The notes under the pieces: generated by a model | Databases searched by the model: none | What the model was told of the DNA's origin: nothing | The model's input: the letters and a program-made list of their open reading frames with translations, nothing else | Assembly (NCBI GenBank): GCA_964597895.1 | Contig: CAZQZS010000001.1 | Location: forward strand, 9,238-73,237 | DNA length: 64,000 nt | Direction: 5' to 3' | DNA from: an uncultured Candidatus Saccharibacteria bacterium | GTDB lineage: Bacteria; Patescibacteriota; Doudnabacteria; UBA920 | Translations under genes and position numbers: made by a program | Part shown: positions 25,478 through 36,157 of the stretch, piece by piece | How positions within the stretch are numbered: position 1 is the first letter of the stretch | Layout of the letters: each line of letters opens with the position of its first letter

Positions 25478-28360
25478 ATGCCCAAGAAGATTACTAAAAA
25501 AACCGCTGATTCAAGCACAAATTCTGAGCACAAAATTGTGATTCGTGGCGCGCGGGTACATAACCTAAAAAATGTAGATTTAGATTTACCACGTCATAAA
25601 TTGATCGTGATGACGGGCTTGTCCGGAAGCGGCAAGTCTTCATTAGCTTTTGATACCATTTATGCCGAAGGCCAGCGCCGCTACGTTGAGTCTTTATCCG
25701 CTTACGCCCGTCAGTTCATTGGCTTGATGGATAAGCCAGACGTGGATAAGATCGAAGGCTTGTCACCGGCAATTTCCATTGACCAAAAATCAGCTTCGCA
25801 CAACCCTCGTTCTACTGTTGGTACAGTTACAGAAATCTATGACTACATGCGCTTGCTGTACGCGCGCATTGGCATCCCACATTGTCCGGTTTGTGGTCTT
25901 AAAGTAGAAGGGCAAACGCTTCAAGCCATGGTAGATAACTTGCTCTCTATTCCAAGCGGTTCTCGCGTCATGCTTCTTGCGCAAGTCATCAAGGATCAGA
26001 AAGGCGAGCATAAGTTAGTTTTTGAACAACTAAAAAAGTCAGGCTTTTCCCGTGTGCGCGTTGATGGGCAAATGATGGATTTATCAGAAGCCATGAGTTT
26101 AACTTTGGATAAGCAAAAGAAGCACACTATTGAGGTGATTGTTGATCGTCTGGCTATTAATTCGGACGATCGCGCAAGGCTTTCAGAGAGTTTGGAAAAG
26201 ACTTTGGATTACGGCGATGGCGCAGCTTTAGTTTTAGTGATGAAAGAAGATACGGTTAAAGAAGAGATTCCTTTGTCGCAAAAGTTTGCCTGTCCTAAAG
26301 GGCATGCGATTAGCTTAACTGAGCTTGACCCTCGGGAATTTTCGTTTAATAGCCCTCATGGAGCTTGTCCGGACTGTAAGGGGCTTGGCACCAAGCTGAC
26401 AGTGGAGCCAGATTTGGTGATTCCCAATCCAAAACTCACTTTGGCCGAAGGAGCAATCCGTCCCTGGAGCAAAACCACTTCGCGCGTGTCATGGTATTCG
26501 CGGGTGTTGGAATCAATCGCCGATCAATACGGTTTCTCTGTTAGCGTGCCTGTTAAGGACCTGCCTAAAAAAGCGATAGACATTATCCTTTATGGCACCG
26601 ACGGTAAAAAAGTTACTATGCCGACCGAAGGCGGCCGCACCTATCAAGCAAATTTTGAAGGAGTGCTGGCTCAATTAGAACGACGCTGGCGAGAAACTGA
26701 ATCAGAATATATGCGCAGTGAGATAGAAAATTACATGCGCATCCGTAAGTGTGCAACTTGTGGCGGCAAACGCCTCAAGCCAGAAGTTTTATCGGTAACC
26801 GTTGGCGGTGAGGGGATTGTAGATGTGTCCAGTAAATCAATTGAAGACGCAGCAGAGTTTTTCGACAAGTTGCCTAAACAGTTGAATGCCAAAGAAATGG
26901 CAATCGCCAAACTGATTTTGAAAGAGATTACCGCGCGTCTGCAATTTTTGCTAGATGTCGGTTTGTCGTATTTGTCTTTGGATCGCGGTGCCGATACATT
27001 AAGCGGCGGTGAAGCACAGCGTATCCGCCTGGCAACTCAGATTGGCTCCGGCCTCACCGGCGTCCTTTATATTTTGGATGAACCTTCAATTGGACTTCAC
27101 CAGCGCGATAACACCCGGCTGTTGGCTACTCTTAAAAATCTTCGTGATTTAGGTAATACCGTAATCGTAGTGGAGCACGACGAAGAAACCATCCGCGAAG
27201 CAGACCATGTGGTAGACATTGGCCCAGGAGCTGGTAAGCACGGCGGAGAAGTGGTGTCTCAAGGAACTCCGGCGCAAATTGAAAAAGATCCTAAGTCAGT
27301 AACTGGCCAATACCTCGCTGGTAAAGAAGAGATTGTCATTCCAAAGCGTCGCCGTAGCGGGAACGGTAAGAAGCTGCAGATTGTAGGGGCTACGGAAAAT
27401 AATCTTCAAAACGTGAACATCGATATCCCGCTTGGCAAGTTCGTTTGTATCACCGGCGTGTCTGGCAGCGGTAAATCCACATTGCTTAATGATATTTTGG
27501 CAAAAGCCTTGTCAAAGTATTTCTGGAACAGCAAAGATGAACCTGGTGAACACAAAAAGCTTCTGGGTATAGATCACATCGACAAGATGATTAATATTGA
27601 CCAGTCGCCGATTGGCCGCACTCCGCGCAGTAACCCAGCTACTTACACTGGCATCTTCACTTACATCCGTGATCTTTTTGCTGACACTCGCGAAGCTAAG
27701 ATGAAAGGCTACAAGGCTGGTCGCTTCAGCTTCAACGTTAAAGGTGGTCGCTGTGAAAAGTGTCAGGGTGATGGTGTTATTAAAGTAGAAATGAATTTCT
27801 TGCCGGACGTGTATATCACTTGTGAAGAATGTAACGGCAAGCGTTACAACCGCGAAGCTTTGGAAATTCATTATAACGGCAGGACTATTTCTGATGTATT
27901 AGAAATGACCGTTGATGAAGCTAAGCAGTTTTACGCTAATGTTCCTCCAGTCAAGCGCAAGCTTGATACATTGTCGGAAGTCGGTTTGGGCTACATGCAC
28001 CTTGGCCAGAATGCTACAACTTTGAGCGGCGGCGAAGCACAGCGCATCAAATTGGCTACTGAATTATCACGGGCTTCAACCGGCCGTACATTGTACATTT
28101 TGGATGAACCGACGACTGGCCTGCACTTTGCCGATGTAAAACGACTTATTCATGTGCTCAATCAGTTGGTAGAAAAAGGCAACACCGTAATGGTGATCGA
28201 ACACAATTTGGATATGATTAAGACTTCTGATTGGATTATTGATCTTGGCCCAGAAGGCGGAGACAAAGGTGGCCGCATAGTGGCCTCTGGCACGCCCGAG
28301 GATGTAGCCAAAGTCAAAGGCAGTTATACTGGTCAGTACCTAAAGAAAATGCTGAAATAA
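25478..28360 (+). CDS. uvrA: excinuclease ABC subunit A
   Basis: Two ABC ATPase modules ([12 protein letters not shown]... and [13 protein letters not shown]...), signature LSGGEAQRI twice, and zinc-finger cysteines. ATG at 25478 (an upstream in-frame TTG at 25424 is possible). Confidence 0.92.
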   Translation: MPKKITKKTADSSTNSEHKIVIRGARVHNLKNVDLDLPRHKLIVMTGLSGSGKSSLAFDTIYAEGQRRYVESLSAYARQFIGLMDKPDVDKIEGLSPAISIDQKSASHNPRSTVGTVTEIYDYMRLLYARIGIPHCPVCGLKVEGQTLQAMVDNLLSIPSGSRVMLLAQVIKDQKGEHKLVFEQLKKSGFSRVRVDGQMMDLSEAMSLTLDKQKKHTIEVIVDRLAINSDDRARLSESLEKTLDYGDGAALVLVMKEDTVKEEIPLSQKFACPKGHAISLTELDPREFSFNSPHGACPDCKGLGTKLTVEPDLVIPNPKLTLAEGAIRPWSKTTSRVSWYSRVLESIADQYGFSVSVPVKDLPKKAIDIILYGTDGKKVTMPTEGGRTYQANFEGVLAQLERRWRETESEYMRSEIENYMRIRKCATCGGKRLKPEVLSVTVGGEGIVDVSSKSIEDAAEFFDKLPKQLNAKEMAIAKLILKEITARLQFLLDVGLSYLSLDRGADTLSGGEAQRIRLATQIGSGLTGVLYILDEPSIGLHQRDNTRLLATLKNLRDLGNTVIVVEHDEETIREADHVVDIGPGAGKHGGEVVSQGTPAQIEKDPKSVTGQYLAGKEEIVIPKRRRSGNGKKLQIVGATENNLQNVNIDIPLGKFVCITGVSGSGKSTLLNDILAKALSKYFWNSKDEPGEHKKLLGIDHIDKMINIDQSPIGRTPRSNPATYTGIFTYIRDLFADTREAKMKGYKAGRFSFNVKGGRCEKCQGDGVIKVEMNFLPDVYITCEECNGKRYNREALEIHYNGRTISDVLEMTVDEAKQFYANVPPVKRKLDTLSEVGLGYMHLGQNATTLSGGEAQRIKLATELSRASTGRTLYILDEPTTGLHFADVKRLIHVLNQLVEKGNTVMVIEHNLDMIKTSDWIIDLGPEGGDKGGRIVASGTPEDVAKVKGSYTGQYLKKMLK

Positions 28361-28400
28361 AAAAAGTAGCCCCGCTTCGCAATTTGCAAAGCGGGGTGTT
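28361..28400. terminator. terminator A7-GTAG-CCCCGCTTCGCAA-t-TTGCAAAGCGGGG
   Basis: 13-bp stem after the uvrA stop, convergent with a minus-strand small gene. Confidence 0.6.
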
Positions 28401-28401
28401 C

Positions 28402-28629
28402 TTATAAAAGCGGGAAATGACCGCTGATCAAGCCAGTAATGAATGCCGAAGGTGCTTCTAACTCATGATTGTCGGCAGGACTGTCAGTCTGAGATATTTG
28501 CTCATTTTGAGAGATAAGCACATCTAGCAAGACTTCTTTGCAGACAGATGACTTACTCATTTCAGGGTTTTCCAATACTTGTTTGACGACTTTGAATTTG
28601 GTCAGACGCTGCTCAGCTGAAGTTTTCAT
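28402..28629 (-). CDS. hypothetical small protein (75 aa)
   Basis: AGGAGG RBS on the minus strand. Last gene of the XRE/membrane/small-protein trio. Confidence 0.45.
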   Translation of the reverse strand: MKTSAEQRLTKFKVVKQVLENPEMSKSSVCKEVLLDVLISQNEQISQTDSPADNHELEAPSAFITGLISGHFPLL

Positions 28630-28650
28630 CGGTCCTCCTAAGGTTGAAAT

Positions 28651-29019
28651 TTATTTCCGATAATTTAAGTATATCAGGGAGGTGATTTTGGACAAGTTTA
28701 TGCCCATCAAGGAGATTAATAACCAGTAATCTAATTGATGCGTAACAAAGATTTGATAGATTACTCCGAGTGAAAGGATGATTGTGCCCGTCATCATAGC
28801 CACACGATTGGCCACGCGGCGGTGGTGCAGATCGCGCTCGTCTTCGGCTTTACCTTCGCCGACTACAGACATGGCCACAACATATAAACCCAGAGCAACG
28901 CTAATGCCCAGCATAGTACCCATACCCATTGTTTCGTTGGATTGATTTTGAGATACCAGATATCCAGAAACTATGGCGAGGAACACAAGCAGGGATAAGT
29001 AATAGAAAATTAATTTCAT
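28651..29019 (-). CDS. hypothetical membrane protein (122 aa; three TM helices), possibly a DUF2178-like partner of the XRE regulator
   Basis: Immediately downstream of the XRE HTH gene (18-nt gap). This HTH-plus-small-membrane-protein pairing is common in Gram-positives. Confidence 0.45.
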   Translation of the reverse strand: MKLIFYYLSLLVFLAIVSGYLVSQNQSNETMGMGTMLGISVALGLYVVAMSVVGEGKAEDERDLHHRRVANRVAMMTGTIILSLGVIYQIFVTHQLDYWLLISLMGINLSKITSLIYLNYRK

Positions 29020-29036
29020 AAGTTTAGTTTAGCAAA

Positions 29037-29231
29037 TTATTGGCGAGAAAATATTTTTTCTATAGGGAGCTTGAAGTGTTCGGCTATTTGCATCGCCAGG
29101 AGCAGTGACGGCACATAGTTTCCTTTTTCTATGGCGATGACGGTTTGGCGAGACACACCTAAAGTTGCCGCCAAGTCTTCTTGGGTGATATTCTGTTCGG
29201 TACGCAGTTTTTTAATTTGATTCTCTATCAT
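29037..29231 (-). CDS. XRE-family (Cro/C1-type) helix-turn-helix transcriptional regulator (64 aa)
   Basis: LRTEQNITQEDLAATLGVSRQTVIAIEKGNYVPSLLLAMQIAEHF is a canonical HTH_3 sequence. Confidence 0.75.
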   Translation of the reverse strand: MIENQIKKLRTEQNITQEDLAATLGVSRQTVIAIEKGNYVPSLLLAMQIAEHFKLPIEKIFSRQ

Positions 29232-29355
29232 GTATGTAGTTGATTAAAGCATCTGGCTTTGTCAGTGTGAGACAACATAGGAAAAGGGAGGCAGATTCGC
29301 GTAGCGAATCATAGGAAGGAAAAACCTCCTCCTGGGTTTTTACCTCAAAATGGTT

Positions 29356-30411
29356 TTAGCCGAATGTAAAAGTAAAGATTTCAATACCGCTTTCTGGCAG
29401 CTCAATCTCTAAAGTATGATTGCCTCCCTGGGCTGCTTCGTAAAGAGGGTAGAGATCAGAAGATCCCACCGTCACACCTTTTAGGAGCTGGCCGTCAATA
29501 TAGACCTTGATTGTTACCGGTTTTAAGCTTTGCGCCACCATAAAGACTTTGGCTGCCGTAAAGTTTAGGCGCAGCCGGCCGTAACCATTGGTATGGACCA
29601 CTGCCTCCTGGTCAAAGCGCCAACGTCCTTCTAAAGCAAACTGGTTTTTGCTTAAGCGCTTGGGAAATGCGTAAATTTGCTCTTGGGGTAGCGGTTGCTC
29701 AGTCCCGCCAAAATTCTTTAGACGCAAACTTCCCAAATAAATTTCTGGGGTTCCGGCTTGATTTGATTCTGCCACTGGCGGGGGAGTAAACTCTCCTTCT
29801 AGTCCAAGTAAAGTACGGATAGCTTTCTCGGTCTGTTCATATTGTCCTTCTCCAAAATGTGTGTAGACAATTTCGCCGTTTTTATCTATTAGGTAGTGGG
29901 CAGGCCAAAACTGATTTTGGAAAGCGCGCCAAGTTGCATAATTGTTATCCTGCGCAACAGGATAATTAATACCGTAACGCTTAACCGCAGTTTCAACATT
30001 GCTGGCAACTCGTTCAAAAGCGAATTCCGGCGTATGAATACCCAAGACTACAAAGCCTTGATCCTTGTAAGTGTCATACCAGTCGGTAACATAGGGGAGA
30101 GTCCTGATGCAGTTAATGCAGGAGTAAGTCCAGAAGTCTACCAAGACGACCTTTCCCTGTAATTCCGCGAGCGTTACGGGATCGCTGTTGAACCATTTTT
30201 GCAAACCCGTCAGCTCGGGTGCAGGGCCGAGATTACGGAAGTGAGGTTCTTTTGGGGAGGCTGGAGCCTGCTCATTACCGGCTTTTGGTTCTTTAGCGCC
30301 AAAAGATAGATTCAAAAATGTTCCGTCGGGGTTCCGGTATTGCAAAAACAGGCCGCCGCCGATGAGCAGTACAACCAGGATTAAGATATAGGGAAGAATT
30401 TTTTTGAACAT
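29356..30411 (-). CDS. extracytoplasmic thioredoxin-fold thiol-disulfide oxidoreductase (TlpA/ResA/DipZ-like) with an additional C-terminal beta-rich domain
   Basis: N-terminal TM anchor. VLVDFWTYSCINCIRTLPYV contains a CxxC (CINC) in a redoxin context. Overlaps ccdA by 1 nt, indicating an operon. Confidence 0.65.
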   Translation of the reverse strand: MFKKILPYILILVVLLIGGGLFLQYRNPDGTFLNLSFGAKEPKAGNEQAPASPKEPHFRNLGPAPELTGLQKWFNSDPVTLAELQGKVVLVDFWTYSCINCIRTLPYVTDWYDTYKDQGFVVLGIHTPEFAFERVASNVETAVKRYGINYPVAQDNNYATWRAFQNQFWPAHYLIDKNGEIVYTHFGEGQYEQTEKAIRTLLGLEGEFTPPPVAESNQAGTPEIYLGSLRLKNFGGTEQPLPQEQIYAFPKRLSKNQFALEGRWRFDQEAVVHTNGYGRLRLNFTAAKVFMVAQSLKPVTIKVYIDGQLLKGVTVGSSDLYPLYEAAQGGNHTLEIELPESGIEIFTFTFG

Positions 30412-31157
30412 TACCGATTCGGATTGATGAACTTAGTTTCTAGGCTGCCAAAATCATAAATTTCCAAAATTTTGGCTTGTAGGACTGTATCATAGCCGAA
30501 ATAGATAGCAACTGCCATCAAAATAATGGCCACGCCAAAAAATTGTTGGATACGGACCGTGTACGGAGCAATGGCGCGCACTTTTGTGGCAGCTAGCTGC
30601 CCACCATAAGCAATGACTAGCATTGGCAGCGCTGCTCCAATTGCGTAGGCGCCTAACAGCACGGAGGCGGCTGCGAGGTCTGTTCGTGTTGCAATTAAAG
30701 TTAAAATTGAACCCAGGACAGGTCCAGCACAGGGCGTCCAGATTATTCCTAGAATTACCCCCAAGACCAGACCGCCAAAATTGCCATTGCCAGCTGCTCG
30801 GCTCCAGCCAGTGGCTTTAGTAGAAAATCCACTTAAGTAAGCAGTGAGTTTCTCAAACGGAGTTGGCCAAATCATCAACAATCCGAAGATCCCTAACAGC
30901 ACCACAGCGATGTGCCTTAGATTATTAGGATCTATTTCTAAGGCCGTTGTAATGTAGGACAGGGTTAAGCCAAGAACAGCAAAAGTTAAAGCAAAACCTC
31001 CGGCAATAAACAGCGGCCGAGTTTTACTGCCGCCAATGGAACTCCCTAATAGTATGGGAAGTAGCGGTAGAATACATGGCGCGCCGATTGTGAGCACGCC
31101 AGCGATAATTGCGAAGATGATTTCAAGCATAGGATTAAAGGCCGTTTGCACGGCCAA
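30411..31157 (-). CDS. ccdA: cytochrome c-type biogenesis / disulfide-reductant transporter CcdA (DsbD transmembrane domain family)
   Basis: Six TM helices with the two conserved cysteines (GAPCILPLLP and WTPCAGPVLG). Confidence 0.8.
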   Translation of the reverse strand: MAVQTAFNPMLEIIFAIIAGVLTIGAPCILPLLPILLGSSIGGSKTRPLFIAGGFALTFAVLGLTLSYITTALEIDPNNLRHIAVVLLGIFGLLMIWPTPFEKLTAYLSGFSTKATGWSRAAGNGNFGGLVLGVILGIIWTPCAGPVLGSILTLIATRTDLAAASVLLGAYAIGAALPMLVIAYGGQLAATKVRAIAPYTVRIQQFFGVAIILMAVAIYFGYDTVLQAKILEIYDFGSLETKFINPNR

Positions 31158-31162
31158 AATAA

Positions 31163-31711
31163 TTATTTAATGTTTTTGAGCAGGGTATCAATATCGCCGC
31201 TGACCCACTTGGTGACCAGATTTCCGCTGCCATCAATTTGGACAAAGGTGTGCTGGGTAGTAACTCCGTACTTTGTTTTTAGTTCAGTGTTTGAGTCGTA
31301 ATCAGTTTTTAATACCGTGACGCCTGCAGGGATTTTATCCATACTGGATTTGAACGCGCTATCAGCGGTTCGGCAGAACGGACACCAAGGCGCATGGAAG
31401 AATAGAACTACCTTGTTACCAGCGTCTTGTTCGGATGAAACTGTGCTGGCTGAATAATCTTTATAACTGCCAGATTTTTCCATCATCACATCACTGGATT
31501 CCAATTTGTCTTCTGACATCATTTTCTGGTCATCTTTTGCCATCATGGCTCCATTTGTGTCATCAGGAGTATCATCCTTTGCTTCCATCATGGCACCGCC
31601 AGTGGATTGTGTTGACGCGACTTCAGAATTAGGTCGGTTATTGACCACAACTGCGGCCCCGATGATTAGGATTAATGCGGCTAGGCCAATCCAAATATAT
31701 TTTTGATTCAT
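31163..31711 (-). CDS. membrane-anchored thioredoxin-like protein (WCPFC active site)
   Basis: N-terminal TM helix, low-complexity linker, and a thioredoxin fold with VVLFFHAPWCPFCR. Confidence 0.65.
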   Translation of the reverse strand: MNQKYIWIGLAALILIIGAAVVVNNRPNSEVASTQSTGGAMMEAKDDTPDDTNGAMMAKDDQKMMSEDKLESSDVMMEKSGSYKDYSASTVSSEQDAGNKVVLFFHAPWCPFCRTADSAFKSSMDKIPAGVTVLKTDYDSNTELKTKYGVTTQHTFVQIDGSGNLVTKWVSGDIDTLLKNIK

Positions 31712-31832
31712 AAAACTCCTTTATTAATTGTTTTAAGTATAACTGCTATCAGTATAATGTCAAGTAGACTTTACATTGATTTATACACAGACTTTATTTA
31801 TAGTAAACTTTAGTTAAATAAGGAGGAAAATC

Positions 31833-32390
31833 ATGACGGAAAAGAAACCCTTCTATATTAAGATTGTCGGGGCCAAGATTAGGACATACCCCAACCGTTC
31901 CAAAATTCCCGAACTAGACCCGGTTGAGATAGCCGACCAGCACTTTGTAGATTTCAATTCTGCTTACGCCTTTGCCGACAAAACCTGTCGTAGGCTCAAG
32001 CAAGAAAGAAACTGGCACTGCTGCGACATTACGGTTGTAGAGCATGTGCCTGTCAAGAAAGCCATATATGGACTGCACTGGCAGCAGCTAAAGCTCATCA
32101 TTGACCCGTTTTTTAGGAGCAACTGGACTTTGATCATTAACAATCCGTTGTTAATCCAAGCTCAAAGCAAGCTTGCTCTTAATAACTATGCTCTTTTGGT
32201 AAACATCCTTTGCAGTTTTCTTAGAGCACATTGCCAGGATTTTGTTAGCTACGAAAAGGATGTGCGCCGCAGTGATCTTCAAAGTTACCAGCTGGCGCTG
32301 CACAGCTACCTTGTTGAATATTATAAAAACCATCCAACTTCTTCTGGGTGTGTACAAGATGTAAGCGACCCGGCCGAAATGGGGAAGTAA
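31833..32390 (+). CDS. hypothetical protein (185 aa)
   Basis: TAAGGAGGAAAATC-ATG strong RBS. Several Cys/His, no recognised motif. Confidence 0.5.
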   Translation: MTEKKPFYIKIVGAKIRTYPNRSKIPELDPVEIADQHFVDFNSAYAFADKTCRRLKQERNWHCCDITVVEHVPVKKAIYGLHWQQLKLIIDPFFRSNWTLIINNPLLIQAQSKLALNNYALLVNILCSFLRAHCQDFVSYEKDVRRSDLQSYQLALHSYLVEYYKNHPTSSGCVQDVSDPAEMGK

Positions 32391-32396
32391 AGTTTT

Positions 32397-32423
32397 TAGC
32401 ACTCTACTTGACAGAGTGCTAAT
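32397..32423 (+). promoter_or_regulatory. CIRCE operator (HrcA binding site) TTAGCACTC-N9-GAGTGCTAA with embedded TTGACA -35
   Basis: Perfect 9-9 inverted repeat with a 9-nt spacer directly upstream of hrcA. A TTGACA -35 box sits inside the spacer, with a TATATC-like -10 17 nt downstream. Confidence 0.9.
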
Positions 32424-32463
32424 TTTTTTATATCTTGAAAATACAGCGCATTAACCAATTATA

Positions 32464-33222
32464 GTGATGCCTACAAAATCAGAAATTACGCCAAGACAAG
32501 CCAAAGTTTTGGCTTGTATCGTAAAGTTAAACAGCGAGACAGGCAAGCCCGTGGCTTCCAAAGAACTAATTGATAAAGGCTTTTTTGATGTCAGCGGCGC
32601 AACCTTGCGCAACGAAATGCAGGCCTTGGAGGAAGCAGGGTTGATTACCCATCCGCACACTTCTAGCGGACGCATTCCCACTGACGAAGGCTTTCGTTAC
32701 TTTGTTAACCAGCTCATGGGCCATGTGGAGCTGTCTATGAAAGAACGGCAAGCGCTCAAGAAGGAGATACTTAAGCTGCAGGCTGTGAACGCCGAGATCG
32801 GCCGCCGCCTGGCAAAGATGCTATCTGTGCATTCATCACAAGCGTCATTCGCAATTTTGCCAGAAGAAGTTTCTTCCGTGGGCATCTCCAACATTTTGGA
32901 GAGCGATCAGCTGCCAGTAGAGGATGCCAAAGAGATTGCGAAATTTTTTGACAACCTGGATGACTATGCTGAGCAAATTATTTCTGACTATGCCGACAAA
33001 GAGCCGCAGACATTCATTGGTAAGGAGTTAACCCTTTCTAAAGGCAGTGATTATTCCATGATTGTCTCTGGCGTTAAATTACCGTCAGGAAAGAAAGGCG
33101 TAATCGGTTTAGTTGGCCCAAAAAGCATGAAGTATCCCAAGAATATTTCTTTGATGGAATACATTACCAAGTTTTTGGGAGGCGGCGGAGCCGCAATACT
33201 ATTAATTTCAATTACCAGATAG
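32464..33222 (+). CDS. hrcA: heat-inducible transcription repressor HrcA
   Basis: N-terminal winged-helix (TPRQAKVLACIVKLNSETGKPVASKEL) and a C-terminal HrcA dimerisation/GAF-like region. Followed by grpE-dnaK. Confidence 0.9.
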   Translation: MMPTKSEITPRQAKVLACIVKLNSETGKPVASKELIDKGFFDVSGATLRNEMQALEEAGLITHPHTSSGRIPTDEGFRYFVNQLMGHVELSMKERQALKKEILKLQAVNAEIGRRLAKMLSVHSSQASFAILPEEVSSVGISNILESDQLPVEDAKEIAKFFDNLDDYAEQIISDYADKEPQTFIGKELTLSKGSDYSMIVSGVKLPSGKKGVIGLVGPKSMKYPKNISLMEYITKFLGGGGAAILLISITR

Positions 33223-33717
33223 ATGGACAACGAACAAGAAGACAAGTTGGAGTTTGATGAAGCTGGCACGGCTCGCCAGCTTCAGGAAGCTAAAGAAGAG
33301 GCTCGTACCAATTTAGCCGGTTGGCAGCGTTCGCAAGCAGATTTTGAAAACTACAAGAAGCGCGAAGAAGCTAAGCAGAAAGAAATCTTAGAATTTGCCA
33401 AAGAAGTTACCATCGTAAAGCTGTTGCCGACTTTGGACAGTCTCCAGCAAGGCCTCAAGCATGTGCCGCAAAATGTTGATGAAGCTTGGCTACGCGGTGT
33501 CAACGGCACACTGGCTCAGCTAGATAAAGTTTTAGCCGAAATGGGAGTAAAGAAGATTGAAGCTTTGGGGAAACAGTTTAATCCGAATTTTCACGAAGCT
33601 GTCCGCGAAGTACCTGGAGAAGAAGATGGGGTAATCGTAGAAGATTTACAAACCGGGTACGAATTAAATGGCAAGGTCATCCGGCCAAGCCAGGTAGTAA
33701 TAAGTAAAAAAGTATAA
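33223..33717 (+). CDS. grpE: nucleotide exchange factor GrpE
   Basis: Long paired-helix region and a C-terminal beta-domain (...GYELNGKVIRPSQVVISK). Confidence 0.9.
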   Translation: MDNEQEDKLEFDEAGTARQLQEAKEEARTNLAGWQRSQADFENYKKREEAKQKEILEFAKEVTIVKLLPTLDSLQQGLKHVPQNVDEAWLRGVNGTLAQLDKVLAEMGVKKIEALGKQFNPNFHEAVREVPGEEDGVIVEDLQTGYELNGKVIRPSQVVISKKV

Positions 33718-33879
33718 TATGAAAATTGCTCATAACCCTTGGGAAAGACCTGATCAACAAACAGCGAAACTTTCACCCAGTGCTCAGAAGAAAAATATTA
33801 TATTAAGATTATCTTTATTGGGGTTAGTCGTATTGTTTAGTATTCTATACGCAATTTTTAGTTAGAAAGGAATTATTTT

Positions 33880-35766
33880 ATGTCAAAAATTATTGGAATC
33901 GACTTAGGAACAAGTAACAGTGCTGCTAGCGCGATTGAAGGCGGCAAGCCTGTGATTATTCCAGCCGCTGAAGGAACTTCTGTAGGCGGTAAAGCTTTTC
34001 CGTCTTACGTGGCGTTCACTAAAGACGGCCAGCTGTTGGTAGGTGAGCCAGCTCGCCGCCAGGCAGTAACGAATCCAGAGAACACTGTCTTTGAAGCCAA
34101 GCGAAAGATGGGAACTTCTTTCCGTTATAACATCAACGGCAAAGAATATTCTCCGGAACAGATTAGCGCGTTCATCTTACAGAAGATTAAGCGTGACGCC
34201 GAAGCCTATCTTGGCGACAAAGTAGAGAAAGCAGTTATCACTGTGCCTGCGTATTTTGATGATGCTCAGCGCCAAGCTACTAAGCAAGCTGGTGAAATCG
34301 CAGGTCTAGAGGTAGTCCGTGTGATCAACGAGCCAACTGCAGCAGCCTTCGCGTACGGCATTGATAAGAGCGGCGCGCAGGATCAAAAGATTTTAGTGTT
34401 CGACCTCGGCGGCGGTACTTTGGACGTGACCATTATGGAATTCTCAGAAACCGAAGAAGACGGCAAACAGCAAGCTACTTTTGAAGTTAAAGCCACTTCC
34501 GGTGACACTGCACTCGGCGGAAAGGATATGGACCAGGCTTTGATTGATTACATTTTGGCTGAATTCAAGTCTCAGAGCGGCATTGATATTAGCTCCGACA
34601 AGATGGCTATGAATCGTGTGCGTGAAGCTGCTGAAAAAGCTAAGATTGAACTTTCTACAACACTAGAAACCGACATTATTTTGCCATTCATTGCGCAGAA
34701 TGAATCTGGTTCACAAAACTTAGAAATGAAGCTCACCCGCGCCAAGCTGGAAGATTTGGTAAAACCGATTGTCTCCCGCATGCGCGCGCCAGTTGAACAA
34801 GCAATTAAGGATGCTGGTTTAACACCTCAAGCAATCGATAAGATTATTTTGATTGGCGGTCCAACCCGTATGCCAGTTGTTCAAAAGTTTGTGGAAGATT
34901 ATGTTGGCAAGCAAGTTGAACGAGGCGTTGACCCAATGGAGGCTGTGGCAAAGGGCGCAGCTGTTCAGGCAGGCGTGCTTGGCGGCGACGTGCAGGGCAA
35001 AGAAATTTTGCTCCTCGACGTAACCCCTTTGACTCTTGGTTTAGAGACTTTGGGTGGCGTGCGCACTCCGCTAATCGATCGCAACACTACAATCCCAACT
35101 TCAAAATCCCAAGTCTTTTCTACTGCGGCAGACAACCAAACTTCTGTACAGGTTCATGTTTTGCAAGGGGAGCGCGAGTTCGCAGCTGACAACAAATCCC
35201 TGGGAACCTTTAATTTGGACGGTATTCCGCCAGCACCACGCGGCGTCCCACAAGTGGAAGTAACTTTTGACATTGATGCTAATGGTATTCTCAAAGTTAC
35301 TGCCAAGGATAAAGCCAGTGGCAAGGATGCGCACATTACCATTCAGGGTTCAACCAACCTTTCTAAAGAAGATGTGGAAAGAATGAAGCAAGAAGCTGAA
35401 GCGCACGCTTCAGAAGACCGCAAGCGCCGCGAAACCGTAGACGCGCGTAACGAAGCCGATACTTTGATTGCTGTTTCCGAGAAAACTTTAACTGACGCTG
35501 GTGATAAAGCCAATGCCGAAGATAAAGCCGCTGTAGAAACCGCCATTGCCGAGCTTAAAGAAATTAAAGATAAAGATGATGTAGATGCAATCAAGGCCAA
35601 GATTCAAGCTCTCTCTACAGCTATTCAAAAAGTAGGAGCCGCGATGTATGAAAAACAACCTGGCGATGTGGGTACAGTTGATCCAACCGAAAAAGAAATC
35701 CCAAGCGATGACAAACCAGTTGATGCTGAGTTCAAAGAAGTCCCGAAAGACGAACAGTCTAAGTAA
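33880..35766 (+). CDS. dnaK: molecular chaperone DnaK (Hsp70)
   Basis: [18 protein letters not shown] and IDANGIL signatures across full-length Hsp70 with an acidic C-terminal tail. Confidence 0.95.
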   Translation: MSKIIGIDLGTSNSAASAIEGGKPVIIPAAEGTSVGGKAFPSYVAFTKDGQLLVGEPARRQAVTNPENTVFEAKRKMGTSFRYNINGKEYSPEQISAFILQKIKRDAEAYLGDKVEKAVITVPAYFDDAQRQATKQAGEIAGLEVVRVINEPTAAAFAYGIDKSGAQDQKILVFDLGGGTLDVTIMEFSETEEDGKQQATFEVKATSGDTALGGKDMDQALIDYILAEFKSQSGIDISSDKMAMNRVREAAEKAKIELSTTLETDIILPFIAQNESGSQNLEMKLTRAKLEDLVKPIVSRMRAPVEQAIKDAGLTPQAIDKIILIGGPTRMPVVQKFVEDYVGKQVERGVDPMEAVAKGAAVQAGVLGGDVQGKEILLLDVTPLTLGLETLGGVRTPLIDRNTTIPTSKSQVFSTAADNQTSVQVHVLQGEREFAADNKSLGTFNLDGIPPAPRGVPQVEVTFDIDANGILKVTAKDKASGKDAHITIQGSTNLSKEDVERMKQEAEAHASEDRKRRETVDARNEADTLIAVSEKTLTDAGDKANAEDKAAVETAIAELKEIKDKDDVDAIKAKIQALSTAIQKVGAAMYEKQPGDVGTVDPTEKEIPSDDKPVDAEFKEVPKDEQSK

Positions 35767-35775
35767 AATGAAAAG

Positions 35776-35806
35776 CAGGGCACGGGATAGTGCCCTGCTT
35801 GAGGGT
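35776..35806 (+). terminator. hairpin AGCAGGGCAC-gggata-GTGCCCTGCT after dnaK (U-tract poor)
   Basis: 10-bp GC-rich stem 8 nt after the dnaK stop. Confidence 0.45.
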
Positions 35807-35908
35807 ATTCCGCTCTATGGTAGGACCTGTGATTCATTTGAATTTCTGTTTATCAGTTTAAGTTGAGCGGCGGTTGGGTCAGAGAGATGTTTTGTAGAAT
35901 TTCAGTTT

Positions 35909-36088
35909 CTACGAACCTAAGGGCCCCTTTCCCTTGTTTAGGATCACCTCCACAGGGGTGTGCCTGGCGCTTGGGAGTAGCGAGATGCGAGGTTTTTGCG
36001 GGGAGAGTATGGCCGACTGATTGAATCGTCTGGCCAATCGCATCTTTTCTTCCTTAGTTAGAGTCATTTGACCCATGACTTTTATCAT
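35909..36088 (-). CDS. possible small basic protein (59 aa), not in the ORF track
   Basis: Minus-strand ATG at 36088 is preceded by a perfect AGGAGG at 11-nt spacing and a TTTACT-N16-TAAGAT promoter-like sequence. Product: MIKVMGQMTLTKEEKMRLARRFNQSAILSPQKPRISLLPSARHTPVEVILNKGKGPLGS. Confidence 0.3.
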   Translation of the reverse strand: MIKVMGQMTLTKEEKMRLARRFNQSAILSPQKPRISLLPSARHTPVEVILNKGKGPLGS

Positions 36089-36157
36089 AATATTGGAGAC
36101 CTCCTAAGTTTTTTGAGAAGCACCTTTATCTTATCTGAAATTATTAAAAAGTAAAAT

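Noticed and set aside
35941-35951. 16S rRNA 3' end (GGATCACCTCC)
   Set aside because: An 11-nt match only. No flanking rRNA-like sequence and no tRNA or 23S context.
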